Source of the DNA: Verrucomicrobiota bacterium
Lineage (GTDB): Bacteria > Verrucomicrobiota > Verrucomicrobiia > Limisphaerales > UBA11358
Assembly (NCBI GenBank): GCA_049523555.1
Contig: JBEKMU010000002.1
Location: forward strand, 1-63,174
Direction: 5' to 3'
Length of the DNA stretch: 63,174 nt
In this document: positions 1 to 10,089 of the stretch, one piece after another
Position numbering within the stretch: position 1 is the stretch's first letter
Layout of the letters: every line of letters starts with the position of its first letter
Program-made: the position numbers and the translations under genes
The notes under the pieces: model-generated
Databases searched by the model: none
Told to the model about the DNA's origin: nothing
What the model saw: only the letters and a program-made list of their open reading frames with translations

Positions 1-21
1 TTATAGGAATGCGCACATAGG

Positions 22-1521
22 ATGAACTTGGACAAGAAATTTGTTACAGTGTTCCTACTGTTTATACTAATATTGGGTTCCCAATATTGGCAAGTTGCGC
101 TAGTACCCCCTTTTATAGAGAACCTCAGATTTGTCTTAAAGACATTCGTGTATGAATCGGATACTCAATTGATTGTTGTATTGATAGCGGTGACTTATCT
201 GGCCGTACTCTTGTGGATGGAATATAAACTGATGCAAGAGCGTGAAAACAGCATTGCCGCAGTACCGGCATGGCGAAGCCCTTTTCTGTTGAAGCATGCG
301 CATTTTATCACTTTCGTAATGCTGTGTGTCGTCCCGTACCTGGCTTGTTTTGATCCAACTTCAACTTCCACAGATTTGCTGGTGCTCCTAACGGCGATGG
401 CCATCGGGAAGGGCTTCGCAATATGGAATCGGAAAGTCAGTCTCAGCGGGCACACAGGCGAAATCCGGCGAATCGTTTTAGATGCGCTTGTTCCTGCTCT
501 GGCTTTTGTTGGCTCGTTTCAGCCAAATTGGGAGAAATGGAATCAACTTTATAAATACCATGATTACTTGCGGTGGACCGGCCTTTTTCCTAACCCTAAT
601 AATTTTGGAGTGGTAATGGGAGTCGGGGTTGTGTTATCGGTCGGGCTGCTGGTTATACGATTGCAAGGCAAGTGGTGTTTTTTGAGGCAACAAACCGTCA
701 AAACCTCTTGGCGATCTTGGGCCATGCTCAGCGTTGTCTGCCCGATGGTTTTTCTGGGGCTGCTGAAAAGCTTCAGCCGCGGAGCTTGGCTAGGGACTTT
801 TCTCGGCCTTATCTATCTGGGAGTTTCTTTGAGAAAGTTATACAACGCCATGCCGGTTTCCTGCAAAAAGAATGTGGATGCCCTGCGGTCAACTTTTGGC
901 CTTAATCAAGAAGCGAAACCTCTTCTGAGAAAGAAGTCTGTAAAGTTCGCGGCTCTGTTTGCGGCGTTGACACTATTGGCACTATTGGCAGGATTCGCGT
1001 GTATTTCCGCACGCCATGCCGAGCAGCTTATTCTAAAGAGGACATTATCGGTAGCTAATGCGACTGATTTGTCCTGGCGAAATCGTATCAGCGCGTATGT
1101 CGGAGCACTCCAGATGATTAATGACCGGCCATGGGCCGGATTCAGTTGGAACCAGTACGAACTTATGTACTCGGAATATTACATGGATTCGCGATTGACC
1201 GATGGCAGTGTGATCTCATCGAATAGTTATTTTATGCTCGGCATAGGAGTCGGATTGCCGGCGCTTTATACTTTCGCCGCTTATATATGGCTGAGTTTTG
1301 CCGCGATTCAACTTCCCCGCAATCCCGACTTTCGAGAAAAGACGTCCGAGAATCGAGACTCGAATGACGATATGGTTGGATGGCTTGTTCAGGCGGAGAC
1401 AGTGGTTTGCCGTGCGAGTGCAGTCGTATTATTGGTGGGATTTTGGTTTGATGACGGCCTTTTTCTGTTGCCTTTGGCTGTCGTATTTTGGACCTTGCTT
1501 GAATTAATCGTGCCCGATTGA
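22..1521 (+). CDS. O-antigen ligase (Wzy_C)-family polytopic membrane protein
   Basis: 499-aa ORF with many hydrophobic helices. The central segment 'SFSRGAWLGTFLGLIYLGV' resembles the O-antigen ligase-like family. Lies outside the ICE. Confidence 0.55.
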   Translation: MNLDKKFVTVFLLFILILGSQYWQVALVPPFIENLRFVLKTFVYESDTQLIVVLIAVTYLAVLLWMEYKLMQERENSIAAVPAWRSPFLLKHAHFITFVMLCVVPYLACFDPTSTSTDLLVLLTAMAIGKGFAIWNRKVSLSGHTGEIRRIVLDALVPALAFVGSFQPNWEKWNQLYKYHDYLRWTGLFPNPNNFGVVMGVGVVLSVGLLVIRLQGKWCFLRQQTVKTSWRSWAMLSVVCPMVFLGLLKSFSRGAWLGTFLGLIYLGVSLRKLYNAMPVSCKKNVDALRSTFGLNQEAKPLLRKKSVKFAALFAALTLLALLAGFACISARHAEQLILKRTLSVANATDLSWRNRISAYVGALQMINDRPWAGFSWNQYELMYSEYYMDSRLTDGSVISSNSYFMLGIGVGLPALYTFAAYIWLSFAAIQLPRNPDFREKTSENRDSNDDMVGWLVQAETVVCRASAVVLLVGFWFDDGLFLLPLAVVFWTLLELIVPD

Positions 1522-1735
1522 TGTAACTCGGCTTTTTCAGCCCAAGTGATGTGATAGTCTGGGAGGAACGCACCAGACAACTGGCTGGATGGCCCCCCGA
1601 ATCATGAGGCGGGTGTTCATCCGACCGCGCTATGTGAAAACACCTGTGGGATGGAGGGTCAAGCCTGAAAGCCCCGGCGGCGAGGTAACGCGAGCCGGAG
1701 GCGAAGCCAGCACGGTCCAAACAGCTGACGTGACT

Positions 1736-2188
1736 TCACTTTTTCGGGCCACCTGATGTGTTAGTTTGGGACTTTTCGGCGCTTTTTGTGATTTGAGATG
1801 CAAGTCTTATCCCATATAGCAAAATCATCGCGATTACCCGCACGGGCGCTTTACACAGTTTGTCCATCCCCAATCCCCACAGCCGATTCAGCAGCAACAA
1901 AAACTCTGGCCGTAATACCTCGAAGGTTTTTAGATCTCCTTCGATCGTGATTATGATTTGTTCGTACGGATAATTCTCCTCCAAGAGGCGTTCTGCACGG
2001 AAAATAATCTTTCGGAATAATTCCCGGACTTGGGGGCTGGTTCCTTCGCACAGAGCTCTGATGCGCTCATCTTCACGTCGCTGCGCGAGGAGACGGGCGT
2101 GGGCATCGATTCGGGGGATGCGTAATTCCCGCCGCGGGCGTTTAATAACAGGAACGATAATGTTTTTTGAGACTGGATTTGATTGCAT
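1736..2188 (-). CDS. hypothetical protein
   Basis: 150-aa ORF with protein-like composition, tandem with the next ORF. No recognisable domain. Confidence 0.35.
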   Translation of the reverse strand: MQSNPVSKNIIVPVIKRPRRELRIPRIDAHARLLAQRREDERIRALCEGTSPQVRELFRKIIFRAERLLEENYPYEQIIITIEGDLKTFEVLRPEFLLLLNRLWGLGMDKLCKAPVRVIAMILLYGIRLASQITKSAEKSQTNTSGGPKK

Positions 2189-2203
2189 GTTTTGAACAAT
2201 AGT

Positions 2204-2827
2204 TTATTTGTTGGCCGAATTAGTAATGGATAAGTCCTCCTGTTTGAGCCATTTCAACGCCTGCTGAGCGGCAGCCTCCCGCCGAGCTGAATCTGGCGTT
2301 GCTGTAAACACGGCAGCTTTTGGAGAATTCAAAGTGTCCGCGGCACCAAGGCCTGGCGCAGGCTGTGTGGCGGCTCTAACTGCCCTCAGCCGGTCAAGTT
2401 CTTTTTCCGCAGCTTGGAGTTTCCGAAGAAGAAAACTCTGGTATCGGGTGAGCTTGGAAAATGCGTTACCTTGAATGGCGTCTTGCGCGAACGCGGTCCC
2501 TACGCCTCGCTGTTCCTGCTCGTAAAACCTGTACATCTGGAAAAGCTCGGTGTCCACCAAATTGGCTCGGCGTAGTTGCCAGCGCGTTTCAATGATGGTT
2601 CTGACCTGCTCCTCTTCGAGAACACTGGAAGGGGCGTAAAATAAAACGAGGCGTCGGCCCATTCTGATAAACTCTTCGCGATCCTCGTCCGGCAGGAGCA
2701 CATTGATGGCGTAGAAACCGTGACGAGTCGAATTGCGGGAGGAAATCATCTTGCCGGCAACCGACCTCGGCCCAGTGCTTTTTGACGCGTTTTTGCGATT
2801 GGTCTGTATCTGTTTTTCAGTTGTCAT
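2204..2827 (-). CDS. hypothetical protein
   Basis: 207-aa ORF with balanced composition and a helical C-terminus. No recognisable domain. Confidence 0.45.
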   Translation of the reverse strand: MTTEKQIQTNRKNASKSTGPRSVAGKMISSRNSTRHGFYAINVLLPDEDREEFIRMGRRLVLFYAPSSVLEEEQVRTIIETRWQLRRANLVDTELFQMYRFYEQEQRGVGTAFAQDAIQGNAFSKLTRYQSFLLRKLQAAEKELDRLRAVRAATQPAPGLGAADTLNSPKAAVFTATPDSARREAAAQQALKWLKQEDLSITNSANK

Positions 2828-3213
2828 GACCTATATACAACTGTTACTCCAAAATTACTGTGGGGAGGTCAAATCAGCCTTGTATGCGCAAATTGGTTTT
2901 GGCTACATGGCGGGATAAAATGGCTTCGTTTTGCGGAAAGGATGGAAATAGAGCCAAAGAAGATTTTAGCGTTGTGTTCACCAGATGTCGTTCTGCAAGA
3001 AGGATTTTAATGGTGGAGTGGAGATCAGGATCATCGTCTTCAAACCCATTTGAAACGGAGATGGCCGCCGAAATGAACCCAATTTTGTCGCCACTTTGTC
3101 GCCACATTTTTGGGCTTGCGGTAGGTTGTGATGGGTTGGGATAGGAACAGGGGTCTACCGACGAGATCGGTTGCAACCCCTTAATTCCAAGCTAACTATA
3201 TTGTGCTGAATTC

Positions 3214-3256
3214 GTTGCGGGGGCTGGATTTGAACCAGCGACCTTCAGGTTATGAG
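3214..3256 (-). repeat. Distal att site: partial copy of the tRNA-Met 3' half (anticodon loop to acceptor end)
   Basis: gttgcgggggCTggatttgaaccAGcgaccttcaggttatgag here versus gttgcgggggTAggatttgaaccTAcgaccttcaggttatgag at 56870-56912. The 4 differences are compensatory in the T-stem. Confidence 0.85.
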
Positions 3257-3385
3257 TGTGAAGGTCAGTCCCGCGTTGGCCATCTTCGCCATCTCAATTC
3301 GATAGTTTTCATACGATTTTAATTGGGTTTTCAAGTTCTTCGCCAAAACTTGGAACTTGATGAAACACCGTGAAACTTCTTGCAC

Positions 3386-3410
3386 AAAAACCAACAAAAG
3401 CACCAACAAA
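3386..3410 (-). promoter_or_regulatory. Candidate integrase/excisionase arm-type sites (2 x ACCAACAAA, 12-bp spacing)
   Basis: aaaaACCAACAAAagcACCAACAAA lies ~130 bp inside the distal att repeat. A near-identical pair sits at 56826-56846 next to the tRNA. Confidence 0.45.
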
Positions 3411-3485
3411 TTTCGGCGCAATTCATAGCATTTGAGGATGAAAGCGTCCATAGGAATTCTTGAAAATGAACGCCATTGGGGGGGG

Positions 3486-3761
3486 CTAATTTTTGTTCGC
3501 AATCGCTTCGAGATCGGCCCGCCGAAGCCGAAAGCTGCCGGGCAAAACTTCCACTTTTTGCAACAGCCCTTTGTCAACCATTCGCCAAAGAGTCGTGCGG
3601 CTGACGCCGAGAAATTTAGCAGATGCCGTCATTCCCATTAAAAGCGGGCCAACTGTCTGCGTCATATTTTTCTGATTTTTCCCTTCAAGGATGCTGTCAA
3701 TTGAACCGATTTGTTCCGGCGATGCCTCGAATAACCGTTTCACTCTTTCCTCTGTGTTCAT
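3486..3761 (-). CDS. xis: Excisionase/AlpA-type helix-turn-helix DNA-binding protein
   Basis: 91 aa. 'SAKFLGVSRTTLWRMVDKGLL' is a classic MerR/excisionase-like HTH_17 motif. Last gene before the distal att site. Confidence 0.7.
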   Translation of the reverse strand: MNTEERVKRLFEASPEQIGSIDSILEGKNQKNMTQTVGPLLMGMTASAKFLGVSRTTLWRMVDKGLLQKVEVLPGSFRLRRADLEAIANKN

Positions 3762-3782
3762 CGCGTGTCATTGAAAACGTGT

Positions 3783-6700
3783 TCACACCCGAATCACAGT
3801 CCGCCGAGTCTCCTTGCTTGATTTTATCTGACTCTGTTGCTGTGAAATCTTTTCCTCGGTTTCGTCCTCGGCAGCATCTTCAACCTGGCTTGGCGCTTGG
3901 TTTTTGGTGAGATCAAGTTTTTCCTCAATTTCGGACTGACGCCCGGCAAGGTGGTGGTAACGCTTTTCATGCTCAAAGGGTGCGCCGACTTTGGCCTCAA
4001 ATTCCTTCGCCCGCTTCTGCGAGTCGCGGATGTCGCGTTCAAGTCCTGTGGCACGTTCCTCGAATCCCTGCACGATGGATTCCAGCGAGCGAATTGTTCC
4101 GAGCGCGGTGTCCGTGACCCGCGCGCTGTAACTGTTTTTGCCGTGCAAGAGCAACTCGACCTCGCTGTTGTAAGAGGCGTGCAGCGACAAATCAAACCCG
4201 GCGAATTTTCCAACGCGCGCATTGGCCCCGAAGTTGTTTTTGATTTTTCCCGCGCGCCGAAAAAGCAGTTCACCGGCGACGCCGCGATTGTCGAGCGTCT
4301 GCCCGTCCAGTTCGATGCGGAACTTGTCGCCGGACGTGTCCTGACGCACGGCCAAGTCCTGTTGCAGATTTGCCAGCCGCTCGGTGCATCGTTGGACTTC
4401 CTCGTGCGAATGGCGCAGATTGGCGCGAATACGGTATTGTTCCTCGGCGTGGGCGGAACGCAGCCGGGTGAGCTTCATCAGCTCGGCGTCCACCTGCGCC
4501 TTTTCAATGACGAGCGGATTGCCGGAGGCGATGGCCTTGACCTCGGCATAGGTGAGCGCGGTCGAGTCGAGGTCTTCGATGCGGCGAATGGTCATGTCGC
4601 CACTCATCACTTGGGAAATGAACTTGGCCTTGGTCTCCAACGTCTGCCACATATACGCATCGAACGAGCCTTCGGTGACGTAACGGTAAATCTGCACGGC
4701 GGCATTTTTGTTGCCCTGCCGCAGAATACGGCCTTCGCGTTGCTCCACGTCAGCGGGCCGCCACGGAGCATCGAGGTGATGCAGCGCAACCAGACGCTCC
4801 TGCACATTCGTTCCCGACCCCATTTTCTGCGTGCTGCCGAAAAGGATGCGCGTCTTGCCCGCGTTCACTGAACGAAACAGAGCCAGTTTTGCATTATCGG
4901 CATCGTAATTTTGAATGAAGGCGATTTCCGCCTGCGGCACGCCGCGTTTCACCAGTTTTTCAGCCATGTCATCATAAACGGAGAAGCCCCTGTCCTTTGG
5001 CGTGGACAGGTCACAGAAAACCAGTTGTGTCAGGCGATCATCTTTGGTCGCCTCCCAAATGCGGTAGATGTTTTCGACGGCCAGATTGACTTTGCTTTGC
5101 GGGTCATCCTTGGCCGAAGGCAGCATCAACCGCAAATCGAGCGCGGCCTTGCGTCCCTCGCTCGTGATTTTGAGCATATTGTCTTCCGAAGGATCAACGC
5201 GCTCGGTTTTCAACTTGTGGGCGCGTTCGACCAGCGACTGAACGAACTTTTTCAGGGGTGGCGTGGCGGGCGCGCTGCGAATGGCCGGTTTCTCGCCTTC
5301 CAGTTTTGGTCGCGCCAAATTGAGCATCTGCGCCGTCTGCACGTCGGCCATCTGCCGGAATATCTGCATCAATTCCGGCACGTTGATGAAGCGGGCAAAG
5401 CGCGTGTTGAGCCGGTAGCCCGCGCTGTCCGGCGCGAGTTCCATCGCCGTCACCGGCTCGCCGAACGTCGCCGCCCAGCCGTCAAAATGATGCAGTTTGT
5501 GTTTTTGCAAGTCGTCCGGCTGCAAATACCGCTGCATGGTGAACATCTCGGCCATGCTGTTGGCTATGGGCGTGCCCGTGGCGAAGACCACACCCCCACC
5601 TCCATTGACGGACTGAATATGACGCACCTTGAGAAACATATCAAATGCCCGTTCGCTCGCCGTTTGCGGCAGACCGGCAATGCGCGTCATCTTGGAAATG
5701 TAAAAAAGATTTTTGAAGTAATGCGCCTCGTCCACGAAAAGCCGGTCAATGCCGAGTTCCTCAAAGGTCAACGTGTTGTCTTTTTTGTGGCTGGCGGCGA
5801 GGGCTTCAAGTTTGGCCTCCAACCGCTTCTTGGCCTTTTCAATTTCCTTGACCAAGCGCCGGTTGTCCGTGCCCGCGTGTTCGCGTTTCACGTTTTCCAG
5901 TTCGTCCAACTGCTCCTTGAAAAAGCGAACCTGCGTTTCTTCCGACAGCGGTATCCGTTCAAAGCCGGAATGGGTCACGATGATGGCATCCCAATTGCCG
6001 GTGGCGATGCGGCTGAAAAGTTTCCTGCGGTTCTGCGCCTCGAAATCCTCCCTGCCGGCGACGAGGATGTTTGCGCCCGGATACAGCGTGAGCAACTCGG
6101 TGGAAAACTGGCCGAGCATGTGATTGGGAACGGCGAACATCGGCTTGCGTGCAAGTCCGAGCCGCTTCAGTTCCATCGCCGAAGCAACCATCGTGTAGGT
6201 CTTGCCCGCGCCGACGACGTGGCCGAGCAGCGTGTTGTCCGTTTGCAGGATGCGCCAGACGCCCGCCTTTTGATGCAATTGCAGTCGAACCGCCGAACTC
6301 GCGCCTGGCAGCGTCAAATGTTCGCCGTTGAATGTGCGGACCCGGCTGTGATTGAACGTGTCATTGTAGAGCCGCACCAACCGTTCGCGGCGGTCATCGT
6401 CCGCCCAAACCCATTCCTTGAACTTTTCCTTGATGCGTTCCTGCTTTTCTCTGGCAGCTTCGGTGGCGGTCGGATTGACGACGGGCTTTTTGTCCTTCGT
6501 CATGTCATAGACGGTCGGCGTCTTGAGATTGAGCGCGTCATGGATCAATTCGAGTCCGGTGTAGCGGCTTGTCCCCCAATCCGTCGTGTTGGCCGTTGAT
6601 TGTTTGGCCTCCCAATCCGCCGTGACGTGCCATGAACCGAGCGCGTGAATATGGCTGACTTGAACACCGGATGAAACGCCAAGTAATTCATGGACGAATC

Positions 6701-8608
6701 TCTCCACGTCCGGTTCCGGCAACCAGGTCGCGCCCAAGCGCACGTCAATTTCGGTGGCGGGCAAATCTTGCGGCTGCACCGACTTCAACGCCTCGACGTT
6801 TTCGCGGAAACGCGGGTCGCCAACGCTGGCAGCATCGGCGGCGACGAGTTTTTCGCGGACGTTGCCCGAAAGGTATCGGTCTTCGGTTTCCCATTGATTG
6901 GTCTGTGGGTTGAGAAAAATCATCCCCTTCAAATCGGGCAAAAACTCGTCAACGGACTGGTCGAGCAAACCGGCCATGTGGTCGAGGTCAACGCGGCCTT
7001 TTTCATTGAGCGAGACGAGCAACGCCTCTTTGGGTGTGCCAACGGATTCGATGGGTTTTTTGTCGTGAATGGTTCGCTCGTGGAAAATCGAGGCTTTGGT
7101 TGCGATGCTCCTTTCGTCATCGTAATGCTCCAACGACAGCAGCAGCGGCAAATCAGGATCGCCGTCGAAGGCGTTCTGGTTGACGCGGGCGTTAATCGGG
7201 CCGAAACGGGAAAGGAAACGGTCGTAGGCAAGATTAAGCCGGTCACGCGCCTCGATGACCTGCTCCTCGCTGCTGCCGTCGAGCTGTGAACGCAGGCAAA
7301 CCCGCACCGCGTCGCGCACTTCAATCATTCGCCGGATGCGCGAGCGCGTTTCAACGGGCATATCGTCCAGCGGACGAAGTTTGTCATCTTCACGAATGCA
7401 AACGCGGCCGTCTTCGTGGACGCAAAAGGCGTTGGGCTTGATGTAGTCCGGCGCGGGAATGTTCACGTCCGGGACCCGCGCCGCGACTCGCTGATTTTCA
7501 GCCTGGAAAATGTTTTGCGGAAGCCGCTCAACGGCCTGGGCCAATGCTTCCTCAAAATTACGGCCGTCCGGCACCAAGACCGGCTCGCCGTCCCGATACA
7601 TTCCCCTGGCGAGCCGCATTTTCCCCAACATCATTTCGGGATGGGCGACGAAGTATTCATTGAGCGGAATTTTTTCCTTCTGCTCGTTGATGAAATCCAC
7701 CGATGTTTTCCAAGTTGCGCCGCACGGCGATTCTCCGGCGCGCAACTTGCGGAGCATCACGATGTCGGTGGTGACTTCCGTTCCGGCATTTTTCTTGAAG
7801 GCATCGTTTGGCAAACGGATTGCGCCGAGCAATTCCGCTTTGGCGGCGAGCATCTCGCGCATGGTCGAATCCAGCTTGTCCATTGTGTGATGTGAAGTGA
7901 TGAACATGAGCAGGCCGCCCGGTCGCACCTTGTCCAAGACGGCGGGGAAGAAATAATCGTGGATGGGAAATTTGTGTTTGTTCCAGCGGGGGTCGTGGAC
8001 GGTATAATCACCAAACGGGACATTGGAGATGGCGAGGTCGAAAGATTCGTCGGCGAGTTTGGATTTTTCAAAGGGCTGCTCGCGGATGTCGGCGGCGGGA
8101 TACAACGCTTTGGCGATGCGTGCCGTCAACGGATCAATTTCGATGCCGGTGACGGTGGATTGCCGGAGCATTTTTTCGGGCATGAGGCCGATGAAATGGC
8201 CGATGCCGCAGGCAGGTTCCAGAACCTGTCCGTCCTGAAAACCAAACCGTTGCGCCGCCTGATACATGGCGCTGATGATGGCCGGGGATGTGTAATGCGC
8301 GTTGAGCGTGGTGGAACGGACTTGCTCATACTTCCCGTCAGTCAATTCTTCCCGCAATGCTTTCCGTTCGTTTGCCCATTCCCGGTTGCGGTCGTCAAAG
8401 ACCTGGGGCATCGCGCCCCAACCGACATACTTGACCAGCACGGCTTTCTCATCCGAGGTGGCGGATCTCGCCGCCGCCTCCAGCTTGCGGAGCAACTGGA
8501 TGGCCCTGACGTTTTGCAGGAACTTCTGCTTGGGGCCGCCCGCGCCCAAGCGGTCGTCGTCGGTGATGCGATAGTTGTTGAGATTCCTGTCGCCCTGGTG
8601 GCCGACGG
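3783..8608 (-). CDS. N6-adenine DNA methyltransferase / SNF2-DEAD helicase fusion (DarB-like); start uncertain
   Basis: SAM motif I 'VLEPACGIGHFIG' and catalytic 'SNVPFGD'. Helicase motifs 'GAGKTYTM', 'DEAHYFKN' and 'QREGRILRQGN'. The ORF stays open up to the ATG at 8939, but 8609-8939 overlaps better-supported genes in other frames. Confidence 0.85.
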
Positions 8609-8863
8609 CTAGGTCTCTTCCGCCGGGAGCAGGATGTATTCTTCCCGCACCATTTCCCAAGCGCGGTCGTGCGCCTGTTGCGGCGTCAATCCCTGCTGGA
8701 TGAACTTGGTCCGCAACTCGGCCATTTCGTCCTTTGTTTTCCGTTCCGCCTCCAGCAGCATTTCCTGCAACTGGCCTTTGGCCTCCAGTTCGCGCACCAT
8801 TTTGGGGCGGTGTTCGCGCCAGTGTTTCTCGGCCATCATTCCGTATTGAGTCAGTGTGTTCAT
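8609..8863 (-). CDS. Small helical protein, TnpV-like (recalled similarity)
   Basis: 84 aa. The pattern 'QYGMMAEKHWREHRPKMVRELEAKGQLQEMLLEAE...' resembles TnpV-family proteins of conjugative transposons. Clean composition, unlike the G/R/A-rich alternative frame. Confidence 0.55.
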   Translation of the reverse strand: MNTLTQYGMMAEKHWREHRPKMVRELEAKGQLQEMLLEAERKTKDEMAELRTKFIQQGLTPQQAHDRAWEMVREEYILLPAEET

Positions 8864-8902
8864 AGTGCCTGCGGTTGGAACCGAAAAGTTCCAACTGATT
8901 TT

Positions 8903-9268
8903 CTAAACCTTCTTTGACCGTTTTGTCAACTTTTGGCATTTGCGCCGGGATTGCTTTGGAGGCTCAGGATCGGGCAATGGCGCGGGGCCGCCTTTGGCGA
9001 AATCCGCGTCCAAGTCCTGAATCTCCTGCGGGAAAAATCGGACGATGGGAAGGCAAAAGACCTTTTGCAGCCCGGCCAGGACTGTATCGCTGATTTTGGT
9101 AATGCCCCACTCCATGCGTGCCAGCGACAGACGGCTGATGTCCACACCTTTGCATTGCAACTTGGCCGCCAGCCTTTCCTGCGTCCACTTCTGCTGGTAA
9201 CGCAGATAGGCCACTCTCCGGCCAGTGACGTTCTGGAAACGCATCCCCTTGCCATCCTTAATTTCCAT
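8903..9268 (-). CDS. XRE-family HTH transcriptional regulator
   Basis: 'GRRVAYLRYQQKWTQERLAAKLQCKGVDISRLSLARMEWG' matches the HTH_3 pattern. Start taken at the internal Met (MEIKDG...); the ORF extends to 9307. Confidence 0.7.
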   Translation of the reverse strand: MEIKDGKGMRFQNVTGRRVAYLRYQQKWTQERLAAKLQCKGVDISRLSLARMEWGITKISDTVLAGLQKVFCLPIVRFFPQEIQDLDADFAKGGPAPLPDPEPPKQSRRKCQKLTKRSKKV

Positions 9269-9550
9269 AGGGTATGTTTCCGTCTCGAAAAGCCGGGTGA
9301 AAACCATTCAGGACTATTCTCCTGGCACTGGAAAATGAGCCGTGAAGACAATAAAGGATGGTCGGTTTCTGAACCAAAATGTCCAAAAACTTGGCACTGC
9401 GGGCGCCATGCTGGACAACAGGTTGCATAAAACCCCGGCAAAACAATCACCGGCATGACAATTAACACCGTATTGTTAGCAAGTTTAATGCCTATGGATT
9501 GAAAATCGTTCATCGCCAGTGAGACTAATCCGCCTTCGTCTGCTCCAACG

Positions 9551-9583
9551 CCGGTCTGAACTTCGTCACCGAAGCCAGACCGG
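9551..9583 (-). terminator. Stem-loop just downstream of the last T4SS-operon gene
   Basis: ccggtctg/cagaccgg (8 bp) with inner cttcg/cgaag pairing, 15 nt after the stop at 9598. No U-tract follows. Confidence 0.3.
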
Positions 9584-9597
9584 GCCTTGGAAGACAG

Positions 9598-10020
9598 TCA
9601 AACCCTGACACCTTCCCTTCTGGTTTGGGTTTGGGTTTGCGGCTGCGACTGCGTTTTCTTGTTCAGCCATTTTTCACGTTCCATATTGAGGATGACTTCA
9701 TCACGCTTGTTTTCGGGCACGTCCTTCAAGAGAACGTCATAAGCGGCTTTCAGGTCGGGGTTGTTTTTGATGTTTTGCAGCACGCCGGTATCAACGTATT
9801 GCCGCCGTTCCAAGTGCCGGACTTCGTTCAAGACAACGGTGCGTTCCAGCCGGTCGCGCGGCATCGCCTGAATGTAGTCCCAATCTTTGGGGTGCTTTTT
9901 AATCCAATCGTTAATTTTGCCTTCTGCTTCCGCATTGGTCCGCTGATAGCGGGTTTCGTTGGGCGCAGGCGTTTTGGCAGCAGCGCCATTAGATGGAGGA
10001 GTTCTGGTTGTTGTGCTCAT
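9598..10020 (-). CDS. hypothetical protein (distal gene of the T4SS operon)
   Basis: 140-aa ORF, charged and helical. No recognisable domain. Confidence 0.5.
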   Translation of the reverse strand: MSTTTRTPPSNGAAAKTPAPNETRYQRTNAEAEGKINDWIKKHPKDWDYIQAMPRDRLERTVVLNEVRHLERRQYVDTGVLQNIKNNPDLKAAYDVLLKDVPENKRDEVILNMEREKWLNKKTQSQPQTQTQTRREGVRV

Positions 10021-10089
10021 ATTAGGTATTTATTTGTTATTTGTTTTGGTTGCTTAAATTGCCGGCGCGATAACACCGGCAAAGTGTTT

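Noticed and set aside
1522-1735. GC-rich 214-bp intergenic stretch downstream of the O-antigen-ligase-like gene, considered as an SRP RNA, 6S RNA or riboswitch.
   Set aside because: I could not find the SRP domain IV consensus (GGUCAGGUCCGGAAGGAAGCAGC-like), RNase P or tmRNA signatures, or a convincing conserved fold. It needs an Rfam scan, so it is not reported as a feature.
2874-3176. 100-aa minus-strand ORF between the left hypothetical genes and the att repeat.
   Set aside because: The composition is plausible, but there is no recognisable motif or clear start context. It could be a remnant of an older element at this tRNA site. Evidence is insufficient to call.
3245-3577. 110-aa ORF on the minus strand overlapping the att repeat, the arm-type repeats and the xis gene.
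   Set aside because: It starts inside the xis coding region, runs across the arm-type repeats and ends within the distal att repeat (tRNA-derived). 'LLVLLLVFV' is just the translation of the ACCAACAAA repeats. There is no independent support.
4911-6599. Long antisense ORFs inside well-supported genes. Examples: 4911-6599(+), 3897-4871(+), 18278-19561(+), 26133-27191(-), 37981-39213(+), 50492-51388(-), 20936-21700(-), 22597-23379(+), 28415-29188(+).
   Set aside because: Each lies opposite a gene with clear family motifs. Their products are R/G/A/H-rich and low-complexity, with no domain signatures. This is the typical shadow-frame pattern of GC-rich coding DNA.
8600-8640. Programmed -1 ribosomal frameshift joining the TnpV-like ORF to the methylase frame.
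   Set aside because: There is no X_XXY_YYZ slippery heptamer or obvious downstream stimulatory structure near the end of the small ORF (...ctcctgctcccggcggaagagacctag). It is kept only as one of several explanations in the findings.
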